A DNA stretch of 64,000 nt from Rhodosorus marinus CCMP1338 (GCA_029953675.1 JAMWBK010000006.1:1364001-1428000); one strand, 5' to 3'; positions 47,585 to 61,427 are shown, counted from the first letter of the stretch. Notes: generated from the sequence alone by a model not told the origin. A program made the numbers and translations.

Positions 47585-48064
47585 ACCTAACAAATCTGAC
47601 TTGCTTTTATAACAGCAGCAGAAGCCCTTGAGCCAAGTCTCGAAACTCCTTATGAGCAGAAGAGATTCGAAGAGATTCAGGGCTTTTGGCCGGTAGCAAG
47701 AGCCCCGGTCACCGCTCGATGAAGTTTGCTCCTTCCAGGCATTCGAAGAGTTGGTTGCTATTAAGCAAGTAACAAAATGTGGGCGGTAGGAGCTCAAGGA
47801 GTGCTAGTAGAGCGGGGGAGGTGAGGGTATCCATATAGCTTAGCTCCAATATGAACATTGGGTTGTGGAAACTAAGAGACTAGCCAGGTAGGAAGGAGCT
47901 GCACCGAGCAAATTTTCGGGGCAGCAGTTGTCATTGTAGGGGGGGGGAAGGTTAGATATCCGGTTCTGGATGGCACTTTTCTCTGCTGTTTTGAATGTGC
48001 GTGCATGATGGCAGAAACTACTGGACTGGGAGTGAAGACTGAGCGCTGGAGAGAAAAGGGACCT

Positions 48065-51000
48065 ATGGACGGGATGGAGGTGTGTTTGTTTGTTCCCAGC
48101 CATGGTGGATGGCGGAGCAACGGGAGGAAGCCTATACGTCGGCGGAGAGTTTTTATGGTGCAAACGAATAAGAGGACTTCACTGCCAGTTAAGCTAGCGG
48201 GACCTAAGAAGGTAGAGATGACGAAACTGCCTACCCTGCAGGAGGAGAGGGTTAGGTTCGAGAGGCTCGGCAAGAGAGTCTCTCGTGATGGTTCGTACAT
48301 TGAGCAGGCATATGACTTGGATTCAAAACTGGGCATGGAATGGTTTGGCGAGGTCATCAGGAAGTCTTTGAATGATACCTTCCGAGGCGGCATGCGTGAG
48401 TTCCTAGTTTATGAACCGGAGAGGATCGAGAAGTACTACGATCAAAATCCCCTCGTAGTTGTCCAGCGTATCTCGAAAATCGTACGACCGTTCTCAATTT
48501 GGGCTGTAGAATTTCTTCTTGCGAAAAGATTCAATGCGCAGCCTGATGGACAGGTGAGTGACCTGAGAAAGCCGGCGAGGGCTCTTCTGCATGGTCGACG
48601 AAAAGCAATAGTACCTTGAGGTAGTTGACCATTGCGTTCCGTCCGTCTGCCTGCTACACATATCAGATTGTAGCGGAGAAAGCCGAAGTATTAGCTAGCC
48701 ACCTGAGAAAAGCGTTAATCGCGATGGGACCAACGTTCGTCAAGATTGGTCAGGGCCTGTCGCAGAGACCGGATTTGATAGGGCCGATTTTTGCTGACCA
48801 GCTGAAGAAGCTACAGGATTCTGTTGCGATTTTCCCATCCGATATAGCATTTGATATCATGCTGGCAGAATATGACAGACCTCTCGACGATATCTTCGAT
48901 TTCATCACCAAGGAACCAATCGCTGCAGCGTCCTTGGGACAGGTGCGAATTGCGAATTGGCCTATTCTGAGAATGAAATCCTCCTCCGGGCTACGATTTG
49001 GCGCCTGCACTAATCCTCTGGTGTTTGATTCTTGAAGGTGTATAAGGCACATCTCGTAGGGGCACCGGAGAACGAGTTTGTCGCAGTTAAAGTCCAGCGG
49101 CCGAAGATTGGTGCTGAGGCATCAGTTGACCTGTACTTGACCAGGAAGCTTGCTCGAATTTTGAAAAAGGTTTTCAAACTTCGTACAAACCTGGTTGGGG
49201 TGAATGATGAATTCGGAGTGAGGCTATTCGAGGAGACAAACTACGTACAGGAGGCGAGGAACTGTGACAGGTTTCGGTCTCTGTACAGCGATATTGACGG
49301 CATTTTCATTCCGAAAACTTGCCCTCAATGGACCACACGGTGAGTTTTTCGGAAGCTTGGGACTGAAGTTCCTCGTTTGGCGCTTGCTGTTCGATTTCCT
49401 GATTCCTCCTGTTCGCTAGCTACGTGCTGTGCATGGAATGGGTCGAAGGTACCAAGGCCCCTTGGGGAGAAGACGCTCTGCGACTTATCGATGTTGGTAT
49501 TCAGTGTACTCTGCGGCAGTTGCTGGACGGTGGTTACTTTCACGCCGATCCCCATCCAGGAAATTTAATGCGAACCGTCGATGGTCGGCTAGCTTACATC
49601 GATTTCGGGATGATGAGCGAGGTACTTTGCGCTCTGAACGAGGAAAGGAAAAGATCGTAGCTCAGAACGCTGTGCTCATCAACAAAAGCCTTTGGTGTTA
49701 TCTCCAACTTCAGGTTCAGCCACAAAAGCGTTACGACCTAATTAGTTCAGTCATGCACCTAATCAATCAAGACTACAAAGGTCTAACTGTCGATCTCGTA
49801 AATTTGGAATTTCTGCCGCTGGATGCCGACGTTGACGCCATCGCTCCGGTATGTTCCCCATGCAATTGTTGTCAACGAATGCCACTGGACTGGAATCATG
49901 GCACCTGTTTGCTGGTTGACATTGACGTTTGTTGGTGTGTGCTGTACTTTGATCACCAGCTGTTGAAGGGCGCCTTCACCAAAGCGAACGAAGGAAACCC
50001 AGATGGCGAATCCATGTCCAGTCTCTCTTTCAATGAACTGGCTAGGCAGATGGCGGGAGTCGCGTACAAGAGCCCAATCCGCCTGCCTCCATACTACTCA
50101 CTTATCATTAGGTCGTTGACAATCTTGGAAGGTGAACATGAACTGCTGGTCCCGAGATGACAGCATTGCGCACTGCGCTGTGGCTTTCTCCTCGAAAGTA
50201 GTTAATGGGCTTACCGGAAATTTCGCTCCAAATATGATATCTGCTCTTAGGTATCGCGCTCACCGTGAACAAGGATTTCAAGATTGTAGACGAGTCTTTT
50301 CCGTACGTTTCAAAGCGGATCCTGATGGACACAGACCCGGAGATGAGAAGACGGTTGCGAGAAGCGCTGGTAGACCCGACCACCCAACGCATACGGTGGC
50401 ACAGGCTGAAAACGATTATCAAGGAAGGCCAATCTAGGAACGAAAGTTTGTCATCACTGGCAAAAGGAGGTACGTCCGAACTAGATTACAACGGGCTACA
50501 AGCCTTGTATCATCCTGCTGTAGAGAGAGGCACCCTGACCCCTGCCTGCTGAAACAAAATGGCAGGAAACCGACAAAGTCCTGACGAGTCAAGCATCGTG
50601 GAAAAGATTGCACAGTACGTGTTGTCAGCAGACGGCGAGTTTCTCCGAGATGCGGTAGTTGAAGATCTTGTGGACGCTGTCGATTCCGCGCAATTGGCAC
50701 TGCAGGATTCCGCCTCAAACATCTCACGAGGTGATTATCGCTCTCTCATCGGAGTCTTTTTCTGCTGCAAACATCCTCGTTTTATGAATTGGACTAACCG
50801 GTTGAATTTCTGTTTGTTGACGTAAACGAAGGATTGATCCCGAAACCGATTGATGAACCCGATAGACAACTCCTCGCCCAAGTGCAGAAGCTTTTGACCA
50901 TGTTAGCCCGCGAGACACGCGTGAACGGACGGCATGGGGCAATTAGACGATTGCAGACTGCGGTCACATCCGGTTCGATGAACGGACAGGCCAATGCGAC

Positions 51001-51287
51001 TGATTCTGCACAAGTCCGGTAGGCATCTGTCAATAGGCCTTGCTCCGCAGCTGCTGCAGCAACGAGAAAGATGAGTGTCTACTGAGCAACTCGTGGATGT
51101 TCATCCTGTTTCTCTTTCCAAAAGGTTGAGCGCCGAAGCTCAAAGAATTTTGACATTGGTGGTTGGCCGCCTGCTAGAACGTAACAGTACAAGAGCGATG
51201 AAATCATTCCTGCTAACGGTGGAGGGAATCATCGACTTGCAAGTTGCTCGCGCTAAGGATAGGAACAACAAGCAGAACAAGAGTTGA
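48065..51287 (+). CDS. ABC1/UbiB atypical protein kinase (ABC1K), probably plastid-targeted; about 10 exons
   Basis: GPTFVKIGQGLSQRPDL, PIAAASLGQVYKA, VAVKVQRP, EETNYVQEA, MEWVEG, GYFHADPHPGNL, YIDFGMM and LPPYYSLIIRSLTILEG in order, separated by GT-AG introns. N-terminus (MDG)MEVCLFVPS. Confidence 0.93.
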
Positions 51288-54200
51288 TCCTGGATATTTT
51301 TCAGCAGCTCGTGGTCTTAGGGTTCTAGCAGGTAGATCGTTTTTTTCCCCGCCGCAAGTGTGCACAAGGCGTTCACTGCGGCGAGGGCGGAAGGAGGGAA
51401 GCGAAGTGTATGGTATGTTTAGAAATTTTTGGGTTTTCTGGCGATTCTGATTCGAGGTGCTCAAGTATGCACCTCCTGATTGACGAGGCTAGGCGAGGCA
51501 TGTCGCTGTGGAGCGCAGTTTAACCTCGCTGCTTTCCTGTATTTTAGAAGTTTTGGTGACCGGAATAGTAATGTACTTGTTGAATAGAGTGAAGAAACAC
51601 GAATACGCTGAATAGGCTAAACTGCTCAAAATGCTGCACCGGGGTGCTGAGATGTTCAACGCCGTGTTCAGCGTCAAGCAGTTATTCCAGACCAAACGAA
51701 CAACTTCGCAAACTGACCACCAAACTACGCATGGATGCCATCAACGTTGTCTTAAGAAACACTAGTCACCAGCGCCCTTCATTCTTCTTAGGTTGCTTGC
51801 TGTGCCTCTCGGGAACGAAGTTGCTCATCCTAGTCTACAGGTGGCGCAAAAGTTAATTACTTCTGCGTCTGTACAGTATCAAGCGGTCCAGACCGCTGTA
51901 TATATAGAGTATAGTCTGGACCGCTTGATAGGGCAACCTCTGCGAGCGCGATTATCCGTGCGCTCGATGCGGTGGGGTGACAACACCGCTCATAAGCTGT
52001 GGACGAAATATCCTCGTTACCCACCGCAGTCCATGTGCCAACCCAGAGTTTTGCGGCAGTTCAATGCGTTTCTGCCCAACATTCGCAGCTACGGCAAATC
52101 GTAAAACAAGCAGCGCTCCCGTAGATGTTGGCAAAAGCGAGATATTTATTAACGCAGTCCTACCAAGATCCCCTCACAACGCTTCCTTGGGACAACCAAA
52201 AAAACAACAAACAGGAATCTTCAATTTCTCGACTGCAGAAGCCCTTTCCATTGTTATACGTAAACAAAATTACAAATATCCAGTTGGGACAAGCCACACG
52301 CATCCCCTTTGATTTCAATACAAAACAACCAATTCTATCCCCCAAGAGCGGTCAACGGCCATCGCTCGTCCTTTTCCCGGGAATTTGGTGCCACTGGATT
52401 CGAAGATCCTCCGATTTTTTTTGAAAATTATCCATCGGTTTCCTCAAATCAGCTTTGGACCAGTTGGGAAATGGCGAATACTATCCGCTTCAAACGTCCT
52501 TGTCCAATTGTTTTTCCGGAAATGGACATTTTCTTTTCTTTTTTTGCGTTTCGAATAATTCCACGAGCAAAATCAAATCAGACACCGAAGAGGCGGCGAA
52601 AGCATTCCCTTGCGTCCCCTTTAGATTCTTAGCGAAAATCATGCAACCAACCCTTTCTAGTTTCTTCTTGTTCGTGTATTCGGATAGCAGCAGCAAACTC
52701 CTCCCCCCTGCACCTTTGGCTTTTGTCCTAGAAGAAGCGAGGGTGGCTTGTGGTGCACTAGAGGAATGAGTCTTAGGGGTTGGGGTTGGGGTAGGAAAGG
52801 TGTCTGTGTCCGTGTTTAGGGGATGTGCCAGGGGTCCGCAACTCACAAATTCAAGATTAGGGGTGACGCGAGTGATGGTAGTGGATGCCGCTTTTGTCAA
52901 ACTGAGCATACTCAAAGAGCTCGGACGCTAAGACATTGTTCATGGACTTGCTAGCAGTGGATGTAATACCATCCGCGCAGTGGGGTGTTATCCCATCCTC
53001 CTGCTTCGTTCATGACCTCGTGCAAGTCCACCGGTTCTGGTCCACCGGTTCTGGTGTGTGACTGGAGACTAGCAATCACTTGACCCACTGTGGTTAGTCC
53101 GTGCCACCAGGAGCAACTCCGGCAGAAGGCCATAAAACAAATCGTTTCAGACGGCTCTCACGAGCACCAGGTTCATGTCCCATCCATAATACTGCTCAAA
53201 GCCAATCTACCCCTAGGCAATCATTCTCCCCTAGTAGTGTACGAAGTACCTTCCCCCCCTTCCCCCCCCCCCGTCACCCCTTCTCCCGCCCTTAATGACT
53301 CCATCAGAAACCAATCCCATGCTAGTATATGGCATTCGAATCAATCACATTAATCTCAGACTATGCGAAATAACGCCGATCCATTAGCCAATGAATCCCT
53401 GGCGACGTTTTATGCATCGAACAAAAAAGACTCAATAGTAAGAAAAAACTAGATCCAAAAAAGTTATCGAACAATTACTTTTTTCAATTTCCCGGGGGGT
53501 TCCGCACAAATCAGTTCGATGAGCAAAACAGAATCTTCAAATAAATATCAAATAAACGAACTTGGAGCTCGTAGGGACAGTTTTCCTTTTTTTTTTGTTC
53601 GGCGTTCTTTGCTTGGTCGATCTGGCCCCGAGGTCTTCCTCGGAGCGCACAGCCATCCCTCCCCCCCCTTTACCCCGACCAACGTCCTAAAAAACAGTCT
53701 AATTCATCAGCAAATCTTTAGTTCAGAATGGCGCAATCCTTTATTACCTCCCTCACTGGGTTGGGAAAAATGTACCCCCGGCTTCTTGCTCACTCACCCA
53801 GAGATTTTCAATGCCTAGCTGATTGTCAGTTTTGCAGAGTTTCTCATTACTTTTTTCGCTCCCCTGAATTCAACTAAATTCTAACCCTCTACTTGTTCTC
53901 TAAATTCTTCCTTCCTTACCTAGGGGGAGGGAGAATCCCTCTTTGCCACCTAAAAGGACTAAAAAGAACCGGAAAATTCCGATTTTGAATGTTCTTGAAT
54001 ATATATCAAAAGGGGGGGATCGAAACAAGGATTCTTTTATTTTTGACAGTGCGTCCACCGGAAAACAAATTTTTAAATTCTGTTTGACGCCATGGGGGTG
54101 CGGTTGCCAACGATGGCAATCTTACTGAGTATATTTAATTTCATACGGTTTCAATCGATTACGAAACTCCAGTATCCTTTTTGAATGTGTCAAGGAGGGG

Positions 54201-54633
54201 GGGGGGTTGTTGGAGGCTCTTAACCTGTGGAAGGTGGGAAAACGAGCTAGTTTTGCTTCACGGAATTTCAACGGTTGGGATGGTCAGAGGGGGTGTGTGT
54301 GTGGGTGCGTATGTGGGGGTATATGCCGTGGGCGGCTCTTGGGAGAGGGAGCTGATTTTGTACCGTTGGTGATGGTGCAAATGGCGACTACTACTTAAAA
54401 CAAAACAAAAAATAATCCCCAAACTGGGATTTGGAAAAAGTTAATTTTCTTTTTTTGGGGGGGGAAGAGAGAGGCAGTGCTTCTTTCTCCAAGGTATTTG
54501 GGGGAGGAAGAGGAAGGATCAGTGGTGCTGGACGGTGGGCATGGAAATATAGGTCTCGCACTTTCTAAGCTTGGGAAGTCCGCTTGCTACTATTCTTGCA
54601 TTTGCCGGCGAAGGATTTGGTAGGCTTCTTGCA

Positions 54634-54661
54634 GGGGAGGTTGGGAGGGTTGGGGTTCGGG
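54634..54661 (+). promoter_or_regulatory. G-tract cluster (putative G-quadruplex) upstream of the LCB2 start codon
   Basis: GGGGAGGTTGGGAGGGTTGGGGTTCGGG, about 250 bp before the ATG at 54909. Confidence 0.35.
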
Positions 54662-54908
54662 TGAAAAGGGCGGGAAGGTGTGAAGTGTTGTGGGTGTGGA
54701 AGGGCTTAGGATGGTCGGAAGTTATTGTTTGGTGCATATGATGGGGGATATGGTGTAGGAGGGCAGATAATGTTGTGTTGACTGAGGACGACGGGGCACG
54801 AGGAAGGGGGACTTTGCCATTGTGTCTGAGGTTGTTTTTTTTATTCTGTTTTATTTTTGTCTTTGGCTCCGCAATTTTTTTTCGGTTTTCGTTTCGGTAA
54901 ACGCAAGA

Positions 54909-56612
54909 ATGGGGGAGCATAGTGAGGACGACAAGTACAATAACGTACCGTACTTTACGGCCCTGACGACATACTGTAATTATGCCGTGATTGTCCTTTT
55001 GGGCCACATATGGGATTTCCTCGCCAACACTTTCGGCAGAGGTGACGGAGTTAACGGTGCGGATGGGTCTGATTATGCACCGTACGTTAGAAGTTTTGAG
55101 GATTTCTACGCCAGGCGAGTGTACTCTAGAGTGTCCGATTGCTGGTAAGAATCTGTCATCCCCTTTAAGGTTTCTCTAGCTTGTGATGCATGCTCTGAAC
55201 TTTTCGCTAATCCTCACAGGGGAAGACCGATTTCTTCAGCCCCTGGTGCGTATGTATCCGTGATTGAGAGAGAGGACAACGTGGAAATGGATTGGAAAGT
55301 TGACTTGCAGCCCACAGGGAAGACGTTGGATTGTATTAATCTAGCGAGCTACAACTACCTCGGATACGGAGAATTGCCGGGAGGTATTGATCAGGACACC
55401 TTGGAAGCACTTGATAAGTACGGTGTTTCCACGGGCGGCAACTCAGTTGAAGGGCGTAATGACATTCTAGAGGAACTTGAGAAGACTACGGCCGACTTCT
55501 TGGACAAGGAGGCTTCCATAATTTTAGGCATGGGATTCGCCACAAATTCTCAGGTTCTTTGTTCCCTTGTCGGACCCGGGTGTCTGCTGATCAGTGACGC
55601 TCTTAACCACGCGTCAATCGTTGTCGGATCTCGAAACTCTGGAGCAAAAATCCGGACTTTTGCGCATAATGATCCCAAATCGATGGAAAACACGATCAGG
55701 GAATCAATAGCGACTGGACAACCCGGCACTGGAAAGCCGTGGAGAAAAATCTTGGTTGTTGTGGAAGGCATATACTCCATGGAAGGAGAGATTTGCAACC
55801 TCCCGGAGATCATTAGAGTTAAGAAGAAGTACGGAGTCTCACTCTTCCTCGATGAAGCTCATAGCATTGGAGCCATGGGAGGCACTGGGCGTGGTGTCTG
55901 CGAGTACTGGGGAGTCGGTACCAAGGACGTGGATATTATGATGGGAACTTTCACAAAGTCTTTCGGAGCGGTTGGCGGATACATCGCAGCATCGAAGGAC
56001 GTAGTTGATCTTATCCGTTACACCTCGCCTGGTGCTTTGTACTCAACAACGATGTCACCACCCTGCGTTAAGCATATCTTGTGGGTCCTGTCTGAGATCA
56101 AAGGAGAGGATGGAACTGGGAAGGGAAAACAGAGGATCAAGCAACTGAAGGAGAACACGATATACCTCCGAAAGAAACTAGCGGAGATGGGGCTGCAGAT
56201 TTACGGAGAACCGGAGTCACCGGTGATCCCGATAATGATATACGGTGTAGGGCAAATCGCCACCTTTTCACGTGAGTGTTTAGCTCGTGGCCTTGCCGTG
56301 GTTGTTGTAGGGTTTCCGGCCACACCGTTGATTTTGAGCCGCGCTCGGATCTGTGCCTCTGCAGCGCACACAACCGAGGATTTAGATAAGGCTCTTGAGA
56401 TCATTAAGCACGTCGCGAAATTGTCGATGATATACTATGATACCCCGAAACGGCGAGTTCCCGCGTTGAAGGCTCCAAAGAAATTTGAGGAGAAGGTTCA
56501 TGCAACTGATTCGATATTTTCCAGGGAGGAAATGGTTGAGCACTCGACAGAAAACGGCCATACTGTGCTGCCGCGAGCGGCTCCGGACTTTGGGCGGTTT
56601 TCGTTTATTTGA
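54909..56612 (+). CDS. LCB2: Serine palmitoyltransferase catalytic subunit LCB2/SPTLC2; 2 exons
   Basis: YFTALTTY, FEDFYARRVYSRVSDCW-GRPISSAPGA (intron 55145-55219), INLASYNYLG, GMGFATNS, DALNHASIV, VEGIYSMEGE, LDEAHSIGA, and the PLP lysine motif MGTFTKSFG. Confidence 0.96.
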
Positions 56613-57498
56613 TCATCCCGATATGAACGGACAAGCGCGAAGCGGACTACTTGAGCGCGGTAGACGCAAATTGTGGCTACCGTTTGCTTAGACGAAGGTA
56701 GTCTTCCTAGGACGAGTGAGGTTCCAATCTCCCTAGAGTATTTTTTGTAGCGCGTTTTCGGTTTGGTAGCATCCCCCCTTATTTCTTCGCGAAGGTATCG
56801 GGTTTCCAATACCTACGTGCGTCGACCAAGCGAGGGCTCCGCTCCTCTGTTGTACGTCTCTGCTTGCAGTCCCCTTTTTCCGCATGGAATGCATTCGAGA
56901 GCACCAACATGAGGTTGTTGTCTTCCGATGCGTCATAACTGTTTTTACAATAAGAACGACATATGTAAACTCTTGTCTTCCGACTGGAAAAACCGCTGCG
57001 CACCAACCAATCTTGAAAACCCACCCAACCCAACCAGCAAAACTGCGCCCGACCAAACTATAGACAGTCCTCTCTCAGTCGCAATATTATTGGAGACTGC
57101 GAAGAGGGGAAAGCTGTTGGCTCGTAGCTAGATTAGAACAGGTCACAGCCAGAAGAATGCAGAGCCCGCAACTCAGGAAGAGGTAGAAGAATGAAATTCG
57201 ACTCCTCAAGTGACAGGCTTGACCCCACTGGGAATAGTTTATTTCACATTTCGAAGTGCTCCAGCCCTTGACCTGTCGGAATTTGCCAAGCGCCTTCCGG
57301 TTGGGTGTGGATTTCTCTGCTTGCGATCGGATGACGCGTTAACTTTAGAAACTTCTCGCATTCAAGAATTAAGAGGGTTGAGATGGTGAGCCCGATTTAG
57401 ATGGCCTCATTTCCTCCAACTGACATGCAAGCGCGAAGAGAGTAACCGATAATGAGTTTCGAAGAGGGGAAATCAGTGTTCTGAGTGCTCCAGAGATA

Positions 57499-59632
57499 AT
57501 GGGGAGTCAAGAAACGGACAAGATGACGTCAAAGAGGAAGAGGGTGAGCTCATGCTCTTGGCCAGTAAGCCCTGCTTTGGGTAGGTACTGCAGTCCAGGT
57601 CTGACATCTTTGCGTTTTCTTCCGGAAAACCAGGATTGGGCGGATTCTCCTATTCCGCTTAGTAGCCTGGAAGAGAAAATCTTCGGCTTTCTCGTTAAAG
57701 TTTTGAAAGATGAGAGGAGAAAGACAGTGCTTCGAGTCGCTGGTGGATGGGTGCGTGACAAGGTGGGCAAAGCGCTGTTCATGCCCCACTTCTCGTCCGT
57801 TTCATGTCTGCTTACTCTGCACTCTACCCATGCGCTGCGATCCTCAAGCTGCTTCAATTGGCGTGTGATGACATTGACATTGACATCGCTCTGGACGATA
57901 TTTCCGGTAAAGACTTTGCCCACATCGTTGAAGGGCATTTAGAGAAATCGTCGGAGCATTCCAGCGTTGCGGTAATTCACATGAATCCGGATAAGTCAAA
58001 GCATCTAGAAACCGCGCGGATAAAGGTAGATTTGGAGACATCCATTTTTAGCGCGGGTACTCTGTCTCTCGGGAGTTTGACCACATATTTCAGAGCGAGT
58101 TGCTGAGGTGTGCCTTCTTCTTCTTTAACTCTCATAGATTTTCGATGTTTGGATCGATCTCGTAAACCTTCGGACCGAAACGTACGCTGACTCCAGCCGA
58201 GTTCCAGACATTGTTTTCGGTACGGCAGAAGAGGACGCTCTTCGACGCGACCTTACCATTAACGCGCTCTTCTACAATATCAACGATGGGGTCGTGGAGG
58301 ACCTTACTGGCTCCGGTACGCTATTTGAAGTTGTACTTGATCGATAGCCAATCCAGCCTCGACTCTGAAAACTTGCACGTCCGCTTCATCTTGATGTTAA
58401 CTCGAAAAGGGCTCACGGACCTTCGAGAAGGAATCATCAGAACTCCTCTGGAACCGAGAACGACGTTTCTTGATGATCCTTTGCGCGCTCTTAGAGCTAT
58501 TCGGTTTGCCGGGAAGCTTGGATTCAAGGTCAGTCCGGACATTATCGAAGCGTGCAGACTGCCTGAGGTCCGTTGGTTTTCTGCTTTCTCCCCTGTAGCT
58601 CGTTCAAGCTTCTTCAGGCACAACGTGCCGTCCGCTTCGTACTCACGTGGTGGAACTTGCGTGGTACTTTCCTTGCAGGTCAGAAGCGCACTGGAGGCGA
58701 AGGTTTCGAAGGAAAGAATAGGAGTCGAGGTCGACAAAATGCTCTGCTCAGGGTCCCCGTTGACCTGCGTCAGCTTGCTTCATGACTTATCACTATTTAC
58801 GTCCGTATTCCTTCCGAACGGAATGCCAAAGATGGATCCACTGGAATTTGAAATTGAGGAAGCGCCGATGCGCTGTTTAAACACAGTGTCAAAGTTTCTA
58901 TCCACGCTGGAAAGCTCTGAACGGTCACTGCCAAAAGAGGTTTGCACATGGCCCGCAACTCTGTCCGCTTCTAGGAGTCCCTAGTCGACAAATACACTGA
59001 GGCAAAGGGACGATCCCATCTTGCAGCTGCTTCGCATAGGACTATTTGCGTCCCTGCTAAGGCCTTTCGGAGGAAAAAATGTGCATTCCGCAGAGTCAAA
59101 GCCCAACCGACCGGTTACCGTCGCGGCACATATCATTCGACACTGCCTGAAGCTTCGGGGTAGGGATGCGGATGAGGTGAACATCATACACGTTTGCTCG
59201 GCAAAACTCGAGAATCCTTCCTTTGTTCGAAACCGCCTAAACCTTGGGACGCTCGTACGGGAGTCCAAAGAGCTGCTACCCACAGTCTTGCTCCACTCAC
59301 AATCACAAAACGAGGATATCAGTGCAGAAGAGATCCACAGAACAATCATCGAGATGAAACTGGAGAATGCAGCTTCCTTGAAGCCTCTACTGAACGGGAA
59401 ACAGGTTATGAAGCTTCTTCCTAAGCTGCCTAAAGGACCCGAACTGGGAGAGGTGTGCCCTTATCATCCGAGAGTCCAGCAGAAAACGTTCACCACGAGA
59501 TCTAGAGCTCTAAATTCAGTCGCCCTGTTACAGATTATGCAGGAACAGATCGAGTGGCAACTTGCGAACCAGGAGGTCAAAGAAGATCAATGCAAACAAT
59601 GGATAGCTGAAAAGCACGTAAACTTTTTATAA
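57499..59632 (+). CDS. CCA1: Class II tRNA nucleotidyltransferase (CCA-adding enzyme); multi-exon
   Basis: LRVAGGWVRDK, DIDIALDD, NPDKSKHLETA, DLVNLRTETY, EEDALRRDLTINALFYN, TFLDDPLRALRAIRF, VSKERIGVEVDKML and LKPLLNGK..GPELGE. First clear intron at 57763-57848. Confidence 0.93.
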
Positions 59633-59984
59633 ACTAGATCGCTAAAGCAAGATATCGGGAATCCGCTAACCGCATGGAGCACCACCAGGGCGGCGGTGAA
59701 GGCATGGATGACAGAGTCCTCACACAGCCCACGCGAGGCAAACCAAGGAGGCGAGGACAAGCCTGGAATGAGCAAAGTACTAGAGCAATGCCATAGGGTC
59801 AAACTCGTCATACAACGAGCGAGTAGAAACTGCTCACTGCAGCGGGAAGGCACGGAACTTATTCGGCGTTTTCGAACGTCGTTTCGCCGAATTACCGCTG
59901 GCGGAATCTCCCAAGAACGGATTTCGGGAGCCTCCGCGAAAGCGGGGTTGGATCTTTCTACTCGGCCGATCTCGTAGTGCCGGT

Positions 59985-60234
59985 TTCTCCAGTGATCGCT
60001 GTCCTGACCCACGCCCGTTGGACGGGAATGTTCGATCCCTCGACGGCGGGTTGGGTCAAGACATGTTTGTTTGTTTGTCCACTATTAACCAAAGAGTTGA
60101 TACCGAGTTCTCCAGCGATCGCTGTCCTGACCCACGCCCGTTGGACGGGAATATTCGATCCCTCGACGGCAAGTTGGGTCAAGACATGTTTGTTTGTGCG
60201 TCCACTATTGACCAAAGAGTTGATACCGAATTCT
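59985..60234 (+). repeat. Tandem duplication, 2 x 123 bp, about 93% identical
   Basis: Copies at 59985-60107 and 60108-60230 with about 8 substitutions and no indels. Confidence 0.95.
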
Positions 60235-60236
60235 AA

Positions 60237-61204
60237 TCAACGTCCTTCCCGTCGCTCATGGTACTTGCGCAGAGACTGCTCGATGTCTTCGGAGGTGCGA
60301 TCGATACTCTTCTCCAAGTCAATTGCTCTCACGACTTGCTTGTAAGACTGCTTCGCGCGCTGTTCGATTGTCTCCTGCTCATCATCTTCTACAACGGCCT
60401 TGCTAGGTCTCTGAAGTCCGTGGACGATCTGCTCAAGCGTTTCTTCGTCCTTAGCTGAGAGTACTCTCATTTTCAACCCTCTCTGTAAGAAATTAAGAGC
60501 GAGAAACTTATTTCCTCCGCTCTGGAAACCAAGAATCAGCTCCCTATAGGTCTGTGCACTGATGGCCCGTCGGCCACAGCGATTTTCAGCCTCCTCAAGA
60601 ATGTATCCCGCGGTATCTAAATACCCACTCCGAGCACACTTGACAATCTGTTCAGGGAAATAGAAAAGACAAGGTACTATAATTAGGAGACCACCAACAA
60701 GAGCCAAGTTCACGCCGACAGTATACAAGTGAAGGCAGCCAAAGAGTACAATTGCCCTTTCCTTCATCAGCCGAAAAAGGTTTCAATCACGAGAGAAGTT
60801 GGATGAGACAACGGCGTCTCCTCCTGACGCTCGTTTGTTCATCCTGAGGGCCGGTTTTTCGTGCACGATGGCACAGAAAACAAAACCGAAGAGATCATGC
60901 AAACCCCAACGCAAAAATGTTCCAACGAACGAAAAAGCGGAAAAAAAAGGGCGAAAGAAAAAGATACACAAGTAAACCTTCCAGTATATTAAAAACGCCG
61001 TACCGTGCTGTTAATGAGGTCATACTCCTCTCGACTGAACGTCCAGTCAATACCATCCAACCGCCTTATGTACTTACTCAACACCTGAAACGCCATCTTG
61101 AACAGCTCCTGCTTCTCACCAGACCGCACAGGCCGACTGGCAACCGTGCTCAACGAACATCCTCGAGAAACTCGAGGATTCAGTAGCCTACTAAGTCTCA
61201 GCAT
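60237..61204 (-). CDS. Putative mitochondrion-targeted PPR-like helical-repeat protein of about 214 aa; 3 exons
   Basis: Exons 61204-61004, 60823-60791 and 60647-60237 splice in phase 0 with GT-AG. Product MLRLSRLLNPRVSRG (Arg-rich presequence)...HPTSLIVKCARSGYLDTAGYILEE...TYRELILGFQSGGNKFLALNFLQRG resembles two PPR motifs. Confidence 0.65.
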
Positions 61205-61427
61205 TGCGATCTAAGTTCTCTTTTCTACTACTTCTACAAAACATCCACACTGCGCAACACAACTCTGTCCCGCCTGAAGGTGAACAAACCCACCTCTTTC
61301 CCCATCCCCATCGAGAGGAAGCTCTTACCTGACCACGACGACAACGAAGCTCAGCAGAATCCATCCTGGCAGAGTTTGTTATATTCCACGCTACCTTTAA
61401 GCGGTGATTCTCTACGAGGACGCGATG

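Noticed and set aside
52775-52796. TTGGGG x3 telomere-like run
   Set aside because: Only three units within a generally G-tract-rich region; not evidence of an interstitial telomere
53026-53053. 14 bp tandem repeat GTCCACCGGTTCTG x2
   Set aside because: Real but short; compatible with simple slippage, and no element boundary nearby
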